Shown: positions 37,330-51,812 of the stretch, in pieces | How positions within the stretch are numbered: position 1 is the first letter of the stretch | Layout of the letters: the number at the start of each line of letters is the position of its first letter | Source of the DNA: Macrostomum lignano | Taxonomy: Eukaryota | Direction of reading: 5' to 3' | DNA: 64,000 nt | NCBI GenBank assembly: GCA_002269645.1 | Contig: NIVC01000776.1 | Coordinates: 127,333-191,332 of the forward strand | The notes under the pieces: model-generated | Seen by the model: only the letters and a program-made list of their open reading frames with translations | The model's database searches: none | Told to the model about the DNA's origin: nothing | Position numbers and translations under genes: made by a program

Positions 37330-37930
37330 ATAGAATCCTATATATTGGGATAAAATGTCTCTGCAAAGGTCCAATTGACTATGGTAGGATTCCTGCTTAC
37401 TATTAGTCCTGTGTTAGCAGTTGTGTATGGAGAGGAATGGCTATACCAACCCTCTTAAGCCAGTAGGTCTAGATGTATGTGTGGAAGCACAAAAGCAATC
37501 TCACATAGCTTCAAATGTTTTCAAATAAGTTGTAACACACTTCATTCCATACTCCAAGCTTTTTTAGCTTTGTGAGGACAGCTTGTGTGTAGTGAAACCA
37601 ACCAACATCCATGAGCAATTGTTGGAAATGTTTCCAGCAGAGAATCTCAGCACAATCTTGTAGTCCATCACGACATTCATTGGCTTGAATGCAGGGAGCA
37701 GCAATTTTACCTTTGACCTACACTAAATGGTAGATGGCCTTTGTCTAACCTGTAAGTAGTGCAAGCAAAGAAGCAAATAAAGAAACTTTGCTTCATGATT
37801 CCGATGGTCACTAATTGAAAAAATAGGCCAGGCATAACTCAGAATGTACCATCAACAAAAATTTTGCTTACATTTTGAAGCTCAGCTAGCAGTTCAGGGT
37901 GGGAAAAAACAGAAGCCTGGCTGCTTCTTT
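37330..37930 (-). pseudogene. Decayed Mutator (MULE) transposase
   Basis: Manual minus-strand translation across stops and frameshifts: KIFVDGTF*VMPGLFFQLVTI (37851-37853 = D1), LLTG*TKAIY, VVMDYK, GWFHYTQAV (~37581-37600), YW, RTNSKQESYH (~37401-37413). Confidence 0.82.
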
Positions 37931-38803
37931 GAAAAAACTTCTTGCCATCTACTCTGCAGTTTTGAGGATGCATGTCCTTTTCATGTAGCTGTCCACCACT
38001 GCCACCAAGACCTAGCTAGGTGACATCTTGACATATCTTTATACCATATAGATTCTTAGGTCTAAATTCAAGATACCAAAAAACAGGATGCAAACGGCCT
38101 TAGTAAGAAGATAATGTTGTGTCCCGAGACGGACCAGCCAGCTACGTCTGGCGCTCTGTACGAGCAGGAAAACGCAGCCCCAGTCCTGCTGCTTGCCAAC
38201 TCTGTCGCACAAACGCGCAGGCAGTAGGCCAGCAACCAGGGTCGCAGCGAACGCACAGGCCCCGGTGACAAAGTCCTAGAGGCACTTGACCCCGAAATAA
38301 CAGGAACAGAACGATACTTACTGTGGCGCGGATACTTGGCGCGCTGGGCGTCTATGTTGAACACGATTGTTGGCACGCTTGTTTTTGGTTTATTGTCATA
38401 TACTATTTGCGGCGAAGGAGTCAGAGGAGAAGCGGTCGCATGGGGGGGGGGAGAGGACAGGAGCGCACGCCAATAAATATCTGCCAGCACAGCAGGGTAA
38501 GAGAAAAGGCGGGGTGCGCAGAGAGAGCGAGCGGGGATTGGCTGCAGCCACACAAAACGCGACTGGGGGGTAGAAAACCAGAATTACAGAAAACAGCGAC
38601 AGCCAATGAGAGAGCACGGAGGGGGAGGGATAATAATAATCAGGGGTGAGAAAGTTGCAGACATAGGCTGGACAAATAAACAACTACAATAATAGTTCAT
38701 CAATTGATTGGGTCTAGTGCAGTAGCACCAAAAATAAATAAAGTACTCTAAGAAAATAGCTCACAACAAGTTGCAAGCATGGAAGGGGTGGGGAGGGTTG
38801 GCA

Positions 38804-38805
<2 letters not shown>

Positions 38806-38851
<46 letters not shown>
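38806..38851. repeat. (GA)n microsatellite
   Basis: Pure dinucleotide run. Confidence 0.97.
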
Positions 38852-38853
<2 letters not shown>

Positions 38854-39070
38854 ACAGCAAGGGCAAATACATTGAGTTACGAATATGTATGAGTTATGAG
38901 TTACAAATATGTTTCTACAGTTTTAATAATTAATAAGTATAGTTCTGGTCTAGCTTAATTCTAGATTGTTTGAAAACAATTTTCAGATATTTTATAAAAT
39001 TATTAATGTTTGAATTAAAAAAACAATATAGATTATGGATTTAGAAATTTTCCAAAATGTCAACTTTTTA

Positions 39071-39355
39071 AAATAATAATAATTGATTACACCTGCCCTA
39101 ATAGGCAGTTGTGCAACTGACGGCTCAGCCAAGCTACTCGTATTGTGTGGTGAATCTGAAAGCTGCATACGGCTGTTCAGTCCAAAGACTGGGGGGTCGT
39201 CACACACCCTCAATTACCCCAGCTAGTGCTGGCACCCATTTTACAGCTGGGTGAACTGAAGCAATGCAGAGTCAAGTGTCTTGCTCAAGGACACAAATTG
39301 TTCCGAGTGAGTCGAGAATCGAACCCCTGACACTAACCACTAGGCTACAGTCCCC
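39071..39355 (-). mobile_element. tRNA-derived CORE-SINE
   Basis: Minus strand: GGGGACTGTAGCCTAGTGG (A box), GGTTCGATTC (B box), then TGTGTCCTTGAGCAAGACACTTGACTCTGCATTGCTTCAGTTCACCCAGCTGTAAAATGGG, which matches the MIR-type CORE; (TTA)n tail. Confidence 0.85.
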
Positions 39356-39537
39356 TTAGTGGCTTTATCTCTTTATTACTAATCCGATTGTAACAATGAG
39401 ATGACTCCTAAAGCAAAATTTAGTCTAGTCTACGAAATTTTTTCTTTTAGACTGTTTTGTACTTTGGACTTTTAATAGATCCGCAGGAGCCACTGGGTTC
39501 TTTTAATCTCACCCATTCTCACCACCTTTTTGTTTAG

Positions 39538-43125
<3,588 letters not shown>

Positions 43126-43945
43126 CTGACCCGGTTGCCATGGCAATTGGGACTGGAGCCGGATTAACTTTTGATTTTTTTTTCTTCGTATTATGAAATT
43201 GGTGCGCCGGTCAGGGTTCAGCTGTCAGGCAGTCCCTCAGGTCTGCAAGCTTAGCTAAAATGACAGAAATATTTACGTCGTTGCATATCACTAAACCAAG
43301 ACAACAGTTTTATCTTATCCTAGAACTTGCGCTACTAACAGACTAGTAGTATGTTTGGTTACTGTATGGAAATAACCGCTGTGTACACTCGCTGCTGTAC
43401 ATGTAGTTTTTCTGCTATACTGCGCGTTCAGGTAAAAACTAACAATAAAATAGCTTTTTTAAAATTAATTATCGGCAGGCAACGTCCTGGTGCTAAACTT
43501 TGACCAGTTGTTTTTCCTCAGTAGTACGGCAGCCCCAGCAAGTCATGGCTTAATCCTCCTGTCCGCCCCGCCTAATCTCGCTTTCCTGCCTGGCTTCTGT
43601 TATACCTTTGTCTCTGTTGTTGCCGCTGCTTCAGTTTCTGCAACTCAATTCCACTGTGGGCGTTGTAATACTTTTTGTTAAAATTGCTTTCACAACTTGG
43701 CACCGATTCAATAGTTCAATTTTCGTAGCATATTTATAATCTTTTCTATTAGGAAAGAATTCCCAGGCTCAATTCTGTCATAGTCCCTGTACAAAGCCTC
43801 ATTATTAATCCGCATTGCGTGATTCCCGTTTTTTACTTTCTTAGCTTCGGTTCGTTTTACAATTGTTTAGGCGCTGCCGGTTTTGTATGTTTGTTTGTTT
43901 ATTCCAACAATATGACTGAAAATTCTCCTTTTTGAGAGATGCGTT

Positions 43946-43947
<2 letters not shown>

Positions 43948-44010
<63 letters not shown>
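43948..44010. repeat. (TG)n microsatellite
   Basis: Pure dinucleotide run. Confidence 0.97.
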
Positions 44011-44014
<4 letters not shown>

Positions 44015-44348
44015 ATACTTGCCCGCCCAGCGACTCCAGTTGCTGTCCCCGCTGTTGTGCCGCTAACCATTGATCGATCTCATCAGGCATTGTTAAATAA
44101 TAAATCATGTTTTGACACGCCGCCATTGCTGATAGGCAGCCCCAGAATTTCAGGTCTCCTCTCTATCTGATCGGTAAAGCCAATTGGATTCTGCCCGGTC
44201 TTCGATCTTTTTTGACTTTATTTAAATATTTGAGAAATTCAAGTTGCATTCCGAATGCCGAACAAGATCGAATATCAACAATAAACAGCAGCAGCAATTG
44301 CACAAGTGTAATCAAGGTATTCGGACAGCAGCCGCAAATAAATGCCTG

Positions 44349-47300
44349 TCAATCATCGTCCAGCAGCAGGCTAATCAGCTGCTGAGCCCGTGGGCTGAGG
44401 TCCGAGGATATCAGCGGTTGCGGCGGCAGCGGTGCGTCCGGCAGCCAGACTTGCAGCTCCGCCGAATGCGTCGGGACTGTCGCGGAACTGGCAGCCGCGG
44501 CGAGCTGATGCGGCTGCTGATGCGGCTCCGCTGACAGGCCGAGCTCCGCTTCAACCAGCGGCTGGTCGGACGGCCTGGCCGGCAGCAGCAGTGCCTGTTC
44601 GGCCACAGTGGCTCTGCGCACCGCCTCGGCAGCCGGCGTGTGCAGCAGGCGGGCTGTCAGATCGGCGTGCGCCCGGTGCACGTGGCGGCAAAAGCCGGTC
44701 TGGCCCGCCGGCCGGCAGTCGCAGCGGTACAGGTGCGGGCACAGGCCGGCACAGGCGGCGGACGGGCAGAGTCGGAAGCAGAGCCGCTCCGGACAGACGG
44801 AGCGAACCCGACGGACCAGCTGGTTGCCGGCCACGAGGCAGGGCTGCCCGGCCAGCTGCGCCTGCAAGAGTGCGACAGCAGTGCATGTACAGCATTGCGA
44901 GCTGAATTCAGAAAGCATATTCATGGACACCCACATATTCATGGACACCCGCATATTCATGGACACCCGCATATTCATGGACACCCACATATTCATGGAC
45001 ACCCGCATATTCATGGACACCCGCATATTCATGGACACCCGCGTATTCATGGACACCCACATATTCATGGACACCCGCATATTCATGGACACCCACATAT
45101 TCATGGACAACCACATATTCATGGACACCCGCATATCCATGGACACCCACATATTCATGGACACCCGCATATTCATGGACACCCGCATATTCATGGACAC
45201 CCGCGTATTCATGGACACCCACATATTCATGGACACCTGCATATGGACACCCACATATTCATGGACACCCACATATTCATGGACACCCGCATATTCATGG
45301 ACACCTGCATATGGACACCCACATATTCATGGACACCCACATATTCATGGACACCCGCATATTCATGGACACCCACATATTCATGGACACCCACATATTC
45401 ATGGACACCCGCATATTCATGGACACCCGCTCACCTGGATCTCCCTCGGACAGAACTGATCGGCCAAATCCGGCCAGGCGGGCCCGCTGTGAATGGCCGG
45501 CGCGTCTGTCCGAAAAGCCGCCGTCACCGGGGCGGTGGCGGTGTCGCCGGCCAGGGACTCCCGGTGGCTATCGAGGTCGTCGTCCAGCTCGCAGCAGCTG
45601 CGGCGCCAGTCAGCCGCCTCAAGCACCAGCGCCAGCAGGCGGTCGGGCCGGCGCGTCCGTCCGGCGAAGTGCAGGGGTAGCAGACCGAGCAGTCCCGGGT
45701 TCGAGTGCAGCCGCATCTCCACCCAGCGAAGGCGGGCCGGCTTGGCCGCGTCCGCCCACAGCTGCGGCCAGCGGGCAAGGCGGTCGGCGCGAGCCGCCAG
45801 CTCCGGCGAGACGCGGCGGAATTTTCTGGCGAATTCTGACAGGGCGGCGGAGGCCCGGCCGAGCTGCGGCTGCACTGCCGCGGCGTGGAGCTCCAGCAGC
45901 AGCAGGGCGGCCACGTCCCACTGGTCCGGGCGGGCCTGCGGTTGAGTGACAGTGGAGTGGACTGAGGAAAATGGGGAGAACTGAGGACAATGCGGAGGAA
46001 TGAGGACGCAATGCGGTGGACTGAGGACGCAATGCGGAGGACTGAGGGCGCAATGCGGTGGACTGAGGACACGATTGGGACGACTGACACAATGGGGAGG
46101 TCTAAAAACAGGGGAGTGGACTGAAGAGACAATCAGATGGCAGACGCTCACCTGCAGGCAGCGCCGCCAGCTCCTCAGCAGCTGCAGCCGCTCGGCAAAG
46201 CAGCCGGCAGCCCTGGGGAACACGCGGGCCCCGGCAGTGGCGCCCAGCAGTCCGGGCGGCAGCAGCAGCCAGCCGGTGAAGGCGCAGCCGGAGTCGGAGC
46301 GAGGCGAATCGGCCGCTGCGGTGACGCAGCAGCGCAGCCAGTCCTCAACGCGAGTCTCGGTGACTCGGTCAGTCAGCAACCAGCCGCCTGTCTGTGGCCG
46401 CCCTGAAATGCCAAGCAGCAATCAAGCATGTACCATCTAAGCATCTTGTACAGAATGCTCAACAACACTCAATAAAGTCGATAGGGTTATTTTTCTCATT
46501 CAAAACTGCATAAAGTTGCCGACTGCCTCACCCTCAGCATCCAGCAGCAGCAGGCAGAGCACGCTGAGCTCCTCGGGGTCGGAGCTCTCGTAGACGCAGT
46601 CGATGACCAGAGCTTCGGCGCTGGAAAGACGCTGCGCCAGCAGCTGCCGCTCTGACGGCGCCTGCAGCGTCAGCGCGCAGCCGAGCGCGCCGTCAGACGG
46701 GTGAAAGCCGGCGCCAAGCCGGACGCGGTTTCTGAAGCACCAGGAGCGTCGGAACTGGCACAGCAGCAGCGGGCTGGCCGGCCCGGCCGCCAGTTCGGCC
46801 AGCAGTCGCTCCTCGACCGCCTGCCACGGCTGCTGGCCGCCCAGGGCATGGCCGCGTAGGGCCTCGCGCGTCAGGCGCCGGGCCAGCCGGGGGTCGCACA
46901 GCCGGTCGGGCTCCTCAGTAGACAGCAGCGCCGAGCGCAGCGCGCGGGCGCGCACGTCTGGCACGTGACTGGCTTCGCCAGCGCTGAAGCGGGTGCGGGC
47001 GGGCGGCCGGTGCTCCGGGTGGTGGCGGTGCAGCAGGGAGTAGCGAATCCGGTAGCCGGCCAGGCCGCCCGGCCGCCTGGAGGCGATGATGCGGGCCGGG
47101 CAGGCCAGGCGGGTCCGCCAGCCCGCGCTGCAGCTGTGCACGCAGTAGCGAACCGCGCCGGGCTCGCCGCCGCCGCCCTCCCGCCGCAGGCTGCTGACAT
47201 AGTACCGGCAGCCGACGCTGGCCTCGTGGCTGAGGCGCCAGGCTGTCAGCTCGGCGTGGCTGGCCACCTCGGCGCTGCGCCACTCGCCGCTGACGCCGGC

Positions 47301-47570
47301 CCATCCCGGCTTCTTTGCTGGGCCGGTCGGGCGGCTCCGCTTTCTGGGCGGCTGCTCGGGAGACTCCTGCCGGTGCAGCAGCGCGTGCCGCAGGCGGAGG
47401 TGCCGGCGCAGGTTAGCCAAGAGGCGGAACTGCCGGCCGCACAGCGGGCAGGGCCGGTCGCGCCGCTTCGCAGATCCGGACTCGTCGCCGTCGCCGTCGC
47501 CGTCCAGCAGAGCCTCCAGCTCGTGGCATTGCCGTTGGATTTCTTCCACTGGCGGGAACTCGATGCGCGA
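44349..47570 (-). CDS. MULE-transposase-derived zinc-finger protein (C2H2 + WRKY/GCM1-like + inactive MULE DDE + SWIM), 4 exons found, ~770 aa
   Basis: Exons 47570-46532, 46402-46152, 45935-45435 and 44861-44349 are GT-AG and join into one uninterrupted frame of 768 codons. Motifs: CPLCGRQF..LRRHLRLRH; YCVHSC...CPARI...Y..LHRHH; LVIDCVY..L.VLCLLLLDAEGRP..W; RRPDRLL; CPSAAC..LCPHLYRCDC...FCRHVH. Confidence 0.82.
44915..45430. repeat. Intronic minisatellite, 18-bp unit (ATATTCATGGACACCCGC)
   Basis: Fills intron 3 of the MULE-derived gene. Confidence 0.95.
45955..46130. repeat. Short degenerate minisatellite, ~21-bp unit (GCAATGCGGTGGACTGAGGAC)
   Basis: Fills intron 2 of the MULE-derived gene. 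Confidence 0.8.
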
Positions 47571-48782
47571 CTGCAGATGGGAAATTGTTGATAATATTAA
47601 AATTCCCTTTGCGAGATTCTACCTGTGTCGTCACCTGTGACACGCACACGCTCGAAGCTCTATTTCAACAATCAGTGTGCAACCTTTTCGGAAACATATT
47701 GTACACCACAAACCCCCTGCACCGCTTTGATATTTATGGCATTTATGCATAATAAAAAAGTAAGGAAACAAAAAGACCAAATCATCCCGAAGCAAAAGAA
47801 ATTCGTCACTGTTTTACTATTTTTTTATCTTTTCAGCGAGCAAGCGCAACAGAAACTAATTGAAAGAAAGTGAGCCAGTCAAGCAAGTCGATAAGCACTG
47901 ACTGCGGATTCCAATGCATGGGGAATGTCGGATAGGGCGGGACAGAGTTATACTCAGCTAGGTAAAATAATATATAATGCGACGGCGCGTGTAATATGAT
48001 GTATTATTAGCTGATAAATAGCAAACGGATTAACACTGACCAGATTGACCATAATAGCAAAGGAGGTGAATATAACAATGCAAAGCAGCGGAGACTCCCA
48101 CACACCAATACAGGAAAGCAGCAAGCAGAAACACTTTATAGCGGAAGACGGGCACAACAAATAAACGGACAAGCGTTCCGATGAAAAACGGTACCCCAAG
48201 GCCAGGAAGCGTCCCAGAGTCACTTGCGTCGCCCAGGTAACAACACAGGTAAAATAGGACAGAAGCGACTCTAGAGGACTCTAAAAGGACGAGAAGTCAC
48301 GGTGAAGGACGCCAAAAAAGTCGTAAAAGAGTCGCCTAAGAGCCTATTTGAGGCGTGAGTCTGGGGCGCTTCTAGAATGACTCCGGGGCCGTAGAATCGT
48401 ATCTCAGGCGTTGCTTGCTTGAGTCAGAATTGCATTTCGCATTTATAAAAACTCTTATTAGTGTACTCAAGATAGTAGTAAGCTAAGCGCTAACAAACCG
48501 ACTATTGAACAAATCTTTCGCGTGTTGGCAATGACTCCAGCGATTTTCGTAACGGTAACGTTTTCAACGGGGCGGTGGATTGGATAAGCGAATGAACAAC
48601 AGAATAGCGCATAAAACTGCATTTCAATTTCAATCACAATCATCAAAAACATCTTAAATCAAACAGATATAACGAGCCAACACGCAATGGGAACCCATCG
48701 AATTTAAATCTCAATCGATCCGGGGCGGACAGCTGCTTTAGGGACAATTTGTCTCGCAAACAGAGAGCTGCGCTCGCAACTG

Positions 48783-49777
48783 TCAAAGACGGCCCATTTG
48801 AGCGCGCAAATCCTCCAGACTCAGGCCGGAGTCCTGCACTGCGGCGGCAGGGGCGGCGGCATCAGCGGCAGCGGCGGGCACCGAGTAGGCCGTGCGGACA
48901 CCGCCGCCGGCTCCAACAGAGCGGCCGGCCGCCGCCTCGTCACCGCCCTCCTCAACCAGCTCGATGCACCAGTCGTTCTCCGAGTGGACTGCGGCCGCAG
49001 CGGCCGACGAGTCCTGCTCCGCTGAGTCAGGCGTGGCGGCGGCGGCAGCAGCGGCGTCGGCCTTGGCGGCCTCGCGCTGACGGCGCTGGCAGGCGGGCTC
49101 GGCGCAGTCGGGATTGGGCTTGAGCGACTCCACCGGGAAGAAGTCGGTCATGGCCGAGTAGCCCAGGTAGGGAGACACCCGGCCGAAGCCCAGCAGCAGC
49201 TTGAGGGTGGCTTGGACCAGCAGGCCGGCCACGATGCCCATTGTGGTGGGCAGGGACGCCGCGCAGACGCCCTCCCGCTTCAGCGTCCGCTCATCGCCGC
49301 CTTCGGCCACGACAAGCGGCGGCAGGCAGGCGAAGCAGGGCGTCCGGCCCGGCCGCATCAGCTGCACGTGGCCGCTGACGGCGTCCTCGGAGACGCCGGA
49401 CTCCAGCCAGGTGAGGCCGAGCTCGGTGCACATGGCGCTGACCGCCACGCGGGCCTCGTAGTTGTCAACGCAGGCCAGCAGCGTCTGTACGGGGCCGCCG
49501 TCGGGCAGGCCGCCTTCGGCTGCGCGAGACCGGAGCAGCTCGTAGCCTTCCATTGTTGTCACGTTGCAGGAGTGCGCCTCGATCTGATGGAGTTGAAGCG
49601 GGTCGGCGCTATCCTGCTGCAGCAGACAGACAGACAGACAGACAGACAGACAGTCAGACAGACAGTCAGTCAGTCAGACAGACAGACAGACAGACAGACA
49701 GTCAGTCAGTCAGACAGACAGTCAGTCAGTCAGTCAGACAGAGAGAGACAGACAGACAGACAGACAGAGAGACAGAC

Positions 49778-49814
<37 letters not shown>

Positions 49815-49817
49815 GTC

Positions 49818-49900
<83 letters not shown>

Positions 49901-49903
49901 CTA

Positions 49904-49960
<57 letters not shown>

Positions 49961-49973
49961 TACATACATACAT

Positions 49974-50054
<81 letters not shown>

Positions 50055-50145
50055 AAGACGGACGGACAGACAGACAGACGAACAGACAGACAGACAGACA
50101 GACAGAAAGACGGACGGACAGACAGACAGACAGACATACATACAT

Positions 50146-50178
<33 letters not shown>

Positions 50179-50209
50179 AAGATGGACAGACAGACAGACA
50201 GACATACAT

Positions 50210-50250
<41 letters not shown>

Positions 50251-50295
50251 AAGACAGCCAAGCAGACAGACAGACAGACAGAAAGACAGACAAGC

Positions 50296-50340
<45 letters not shown>

Positions 50341-50797
50341 CAGACAGGCAGGAACAACAATCCAGCCCACGCACCTGCACATCCGGATTGATGCCCAGCA
50401 GGGTCCTCTTGGCGGCCTCCACCTTGCTGAGGCCGGCCTGGTGCGGCTGGAAGAACAGGCGGTTCATGTTGGCCATCTCCACCTTGTCGTAGTCGAACAG
50501 GATGAGGCGGCCGACGCCGCAGCGGGTGAGCATCTCGGCCGTGACGGAGCCGACCCCGCCGACGCCAACAATGAGCACAGCCTGTTCGCGGATGCGCTCG
50601 TAGTTCTGCACAACGCCCATGCGCTGCAGCGCCATCAGCCGGCTGTAGGGATTCGAGTCCACGACCTCGGCGGACATTCGGTCGATTCGTTGGCGAGCGG
50701 AGGCTGGCTGGGCCTGGCGAAGTTCGGCCAGCTCGGACTCCAGCTCGGCTACTCGAGCTCGAAGCTGCTCCACATTGTTAGCATCAGTGGTTGCCAT
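48783..50797 (-). CDS. UBA5: UFM1-activating E1 enzyme UBA5, 2 exons, 407 aa
   Basis: Exons 50797-50375 and 49583-48783. Motifs: [65 protein letters not shown], catalytic Cys in [30 protein letters not shown]. Confidence 0.97.
49622..50348. repeat. (CAGA)n tetranucleotide microsatellite, ~730 bp
   Basis: Fills most of the UBA5 intron; it produces the spurious CLSV / TDRQ ORFs. Confidence 0.97.
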
Positions 50798-51812
50798 GGA
50801 AACGCGAAGTCTTGGATGGACTGGAGTGAAATACAATTTAGGTTAAGGTTTAGTAATAACAAATCGATACAGGACTGCTTGGCAAAATGCATATTCCTCA
50901 ATATTATTCAATACAAACAGTGTAGTTTTAGCAGGCATTCTCAAAAAAAATTTTTCACCTTTGCCTTATCAGACTTACACATGAATTTTCATGGGCAAGT
51001 GTTGAAATCATCTGATTGTTTCTATTGACAAGACATATGCACTCAAGTTCTCATTAGGTACAAGTGTTTAGTCTAAAAACAACACATTTAATAACAATGC
51101 CTATATTTTTAATAACAACATTGATTTTTACTCAAAGACAATTGATTTTTAATCGTTGCTTACTGACATGGCCATGATTAAACTAAAACTTGCATGGAAC
51201 TGGACCCTTTGCATTATCACTGGCTAGCTCTATGTCATCTCTTTCAAAAGTCACCCCTAGCATTTTTGTAGATGATTTTGCTGTACTTGTAGTCATAATA
51301 ATATAGGTATGGTTTTTGCTACTTGTGCCATTGTGGGATCATAAATCATTGCTTGTGAGCTTGTCTGACAGCCACCTGCAATTTAAATTAACATCTGCAT
51401 CTACTTCCATAATATCGGAAAATATTCCATCTTCCACATTTTAGCAAACATTCTGTATCCACTCCTATATTTTAGTGGATGCCATAGTTTTCCATATAAA
51501 ATTATTTTTCATTTAAATTTGCACTCATTTTAGCTGCAATATAATGGCTGGGCATCTACTTGCACCAATAACAAAAATGATCTTTGATAGCTAAAGATGT
51601 ATAACAGATTTGTGACCTTTGTGACACTTAATAATCTACAATACTTTTCTGCAATATGTTTAAACTATCAAATGATTTAAAAAAATTATTGCAAGAAACT
51701 GCATTTATATTGCTAGATTAATTTCAGAGGTTGTGCATATATGATCCAAAGCACGATGTTCATGCTACTTAAATAAATAGACTGACAAACTGCTACTAAG
51801 TGATAATATTTG

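Noticed and set aside
49553-50391. CLSV / TDRQ repeat ORFs
   Set aside because: They come from the (CAGA)n microsatellite inside the UBA5 intron.
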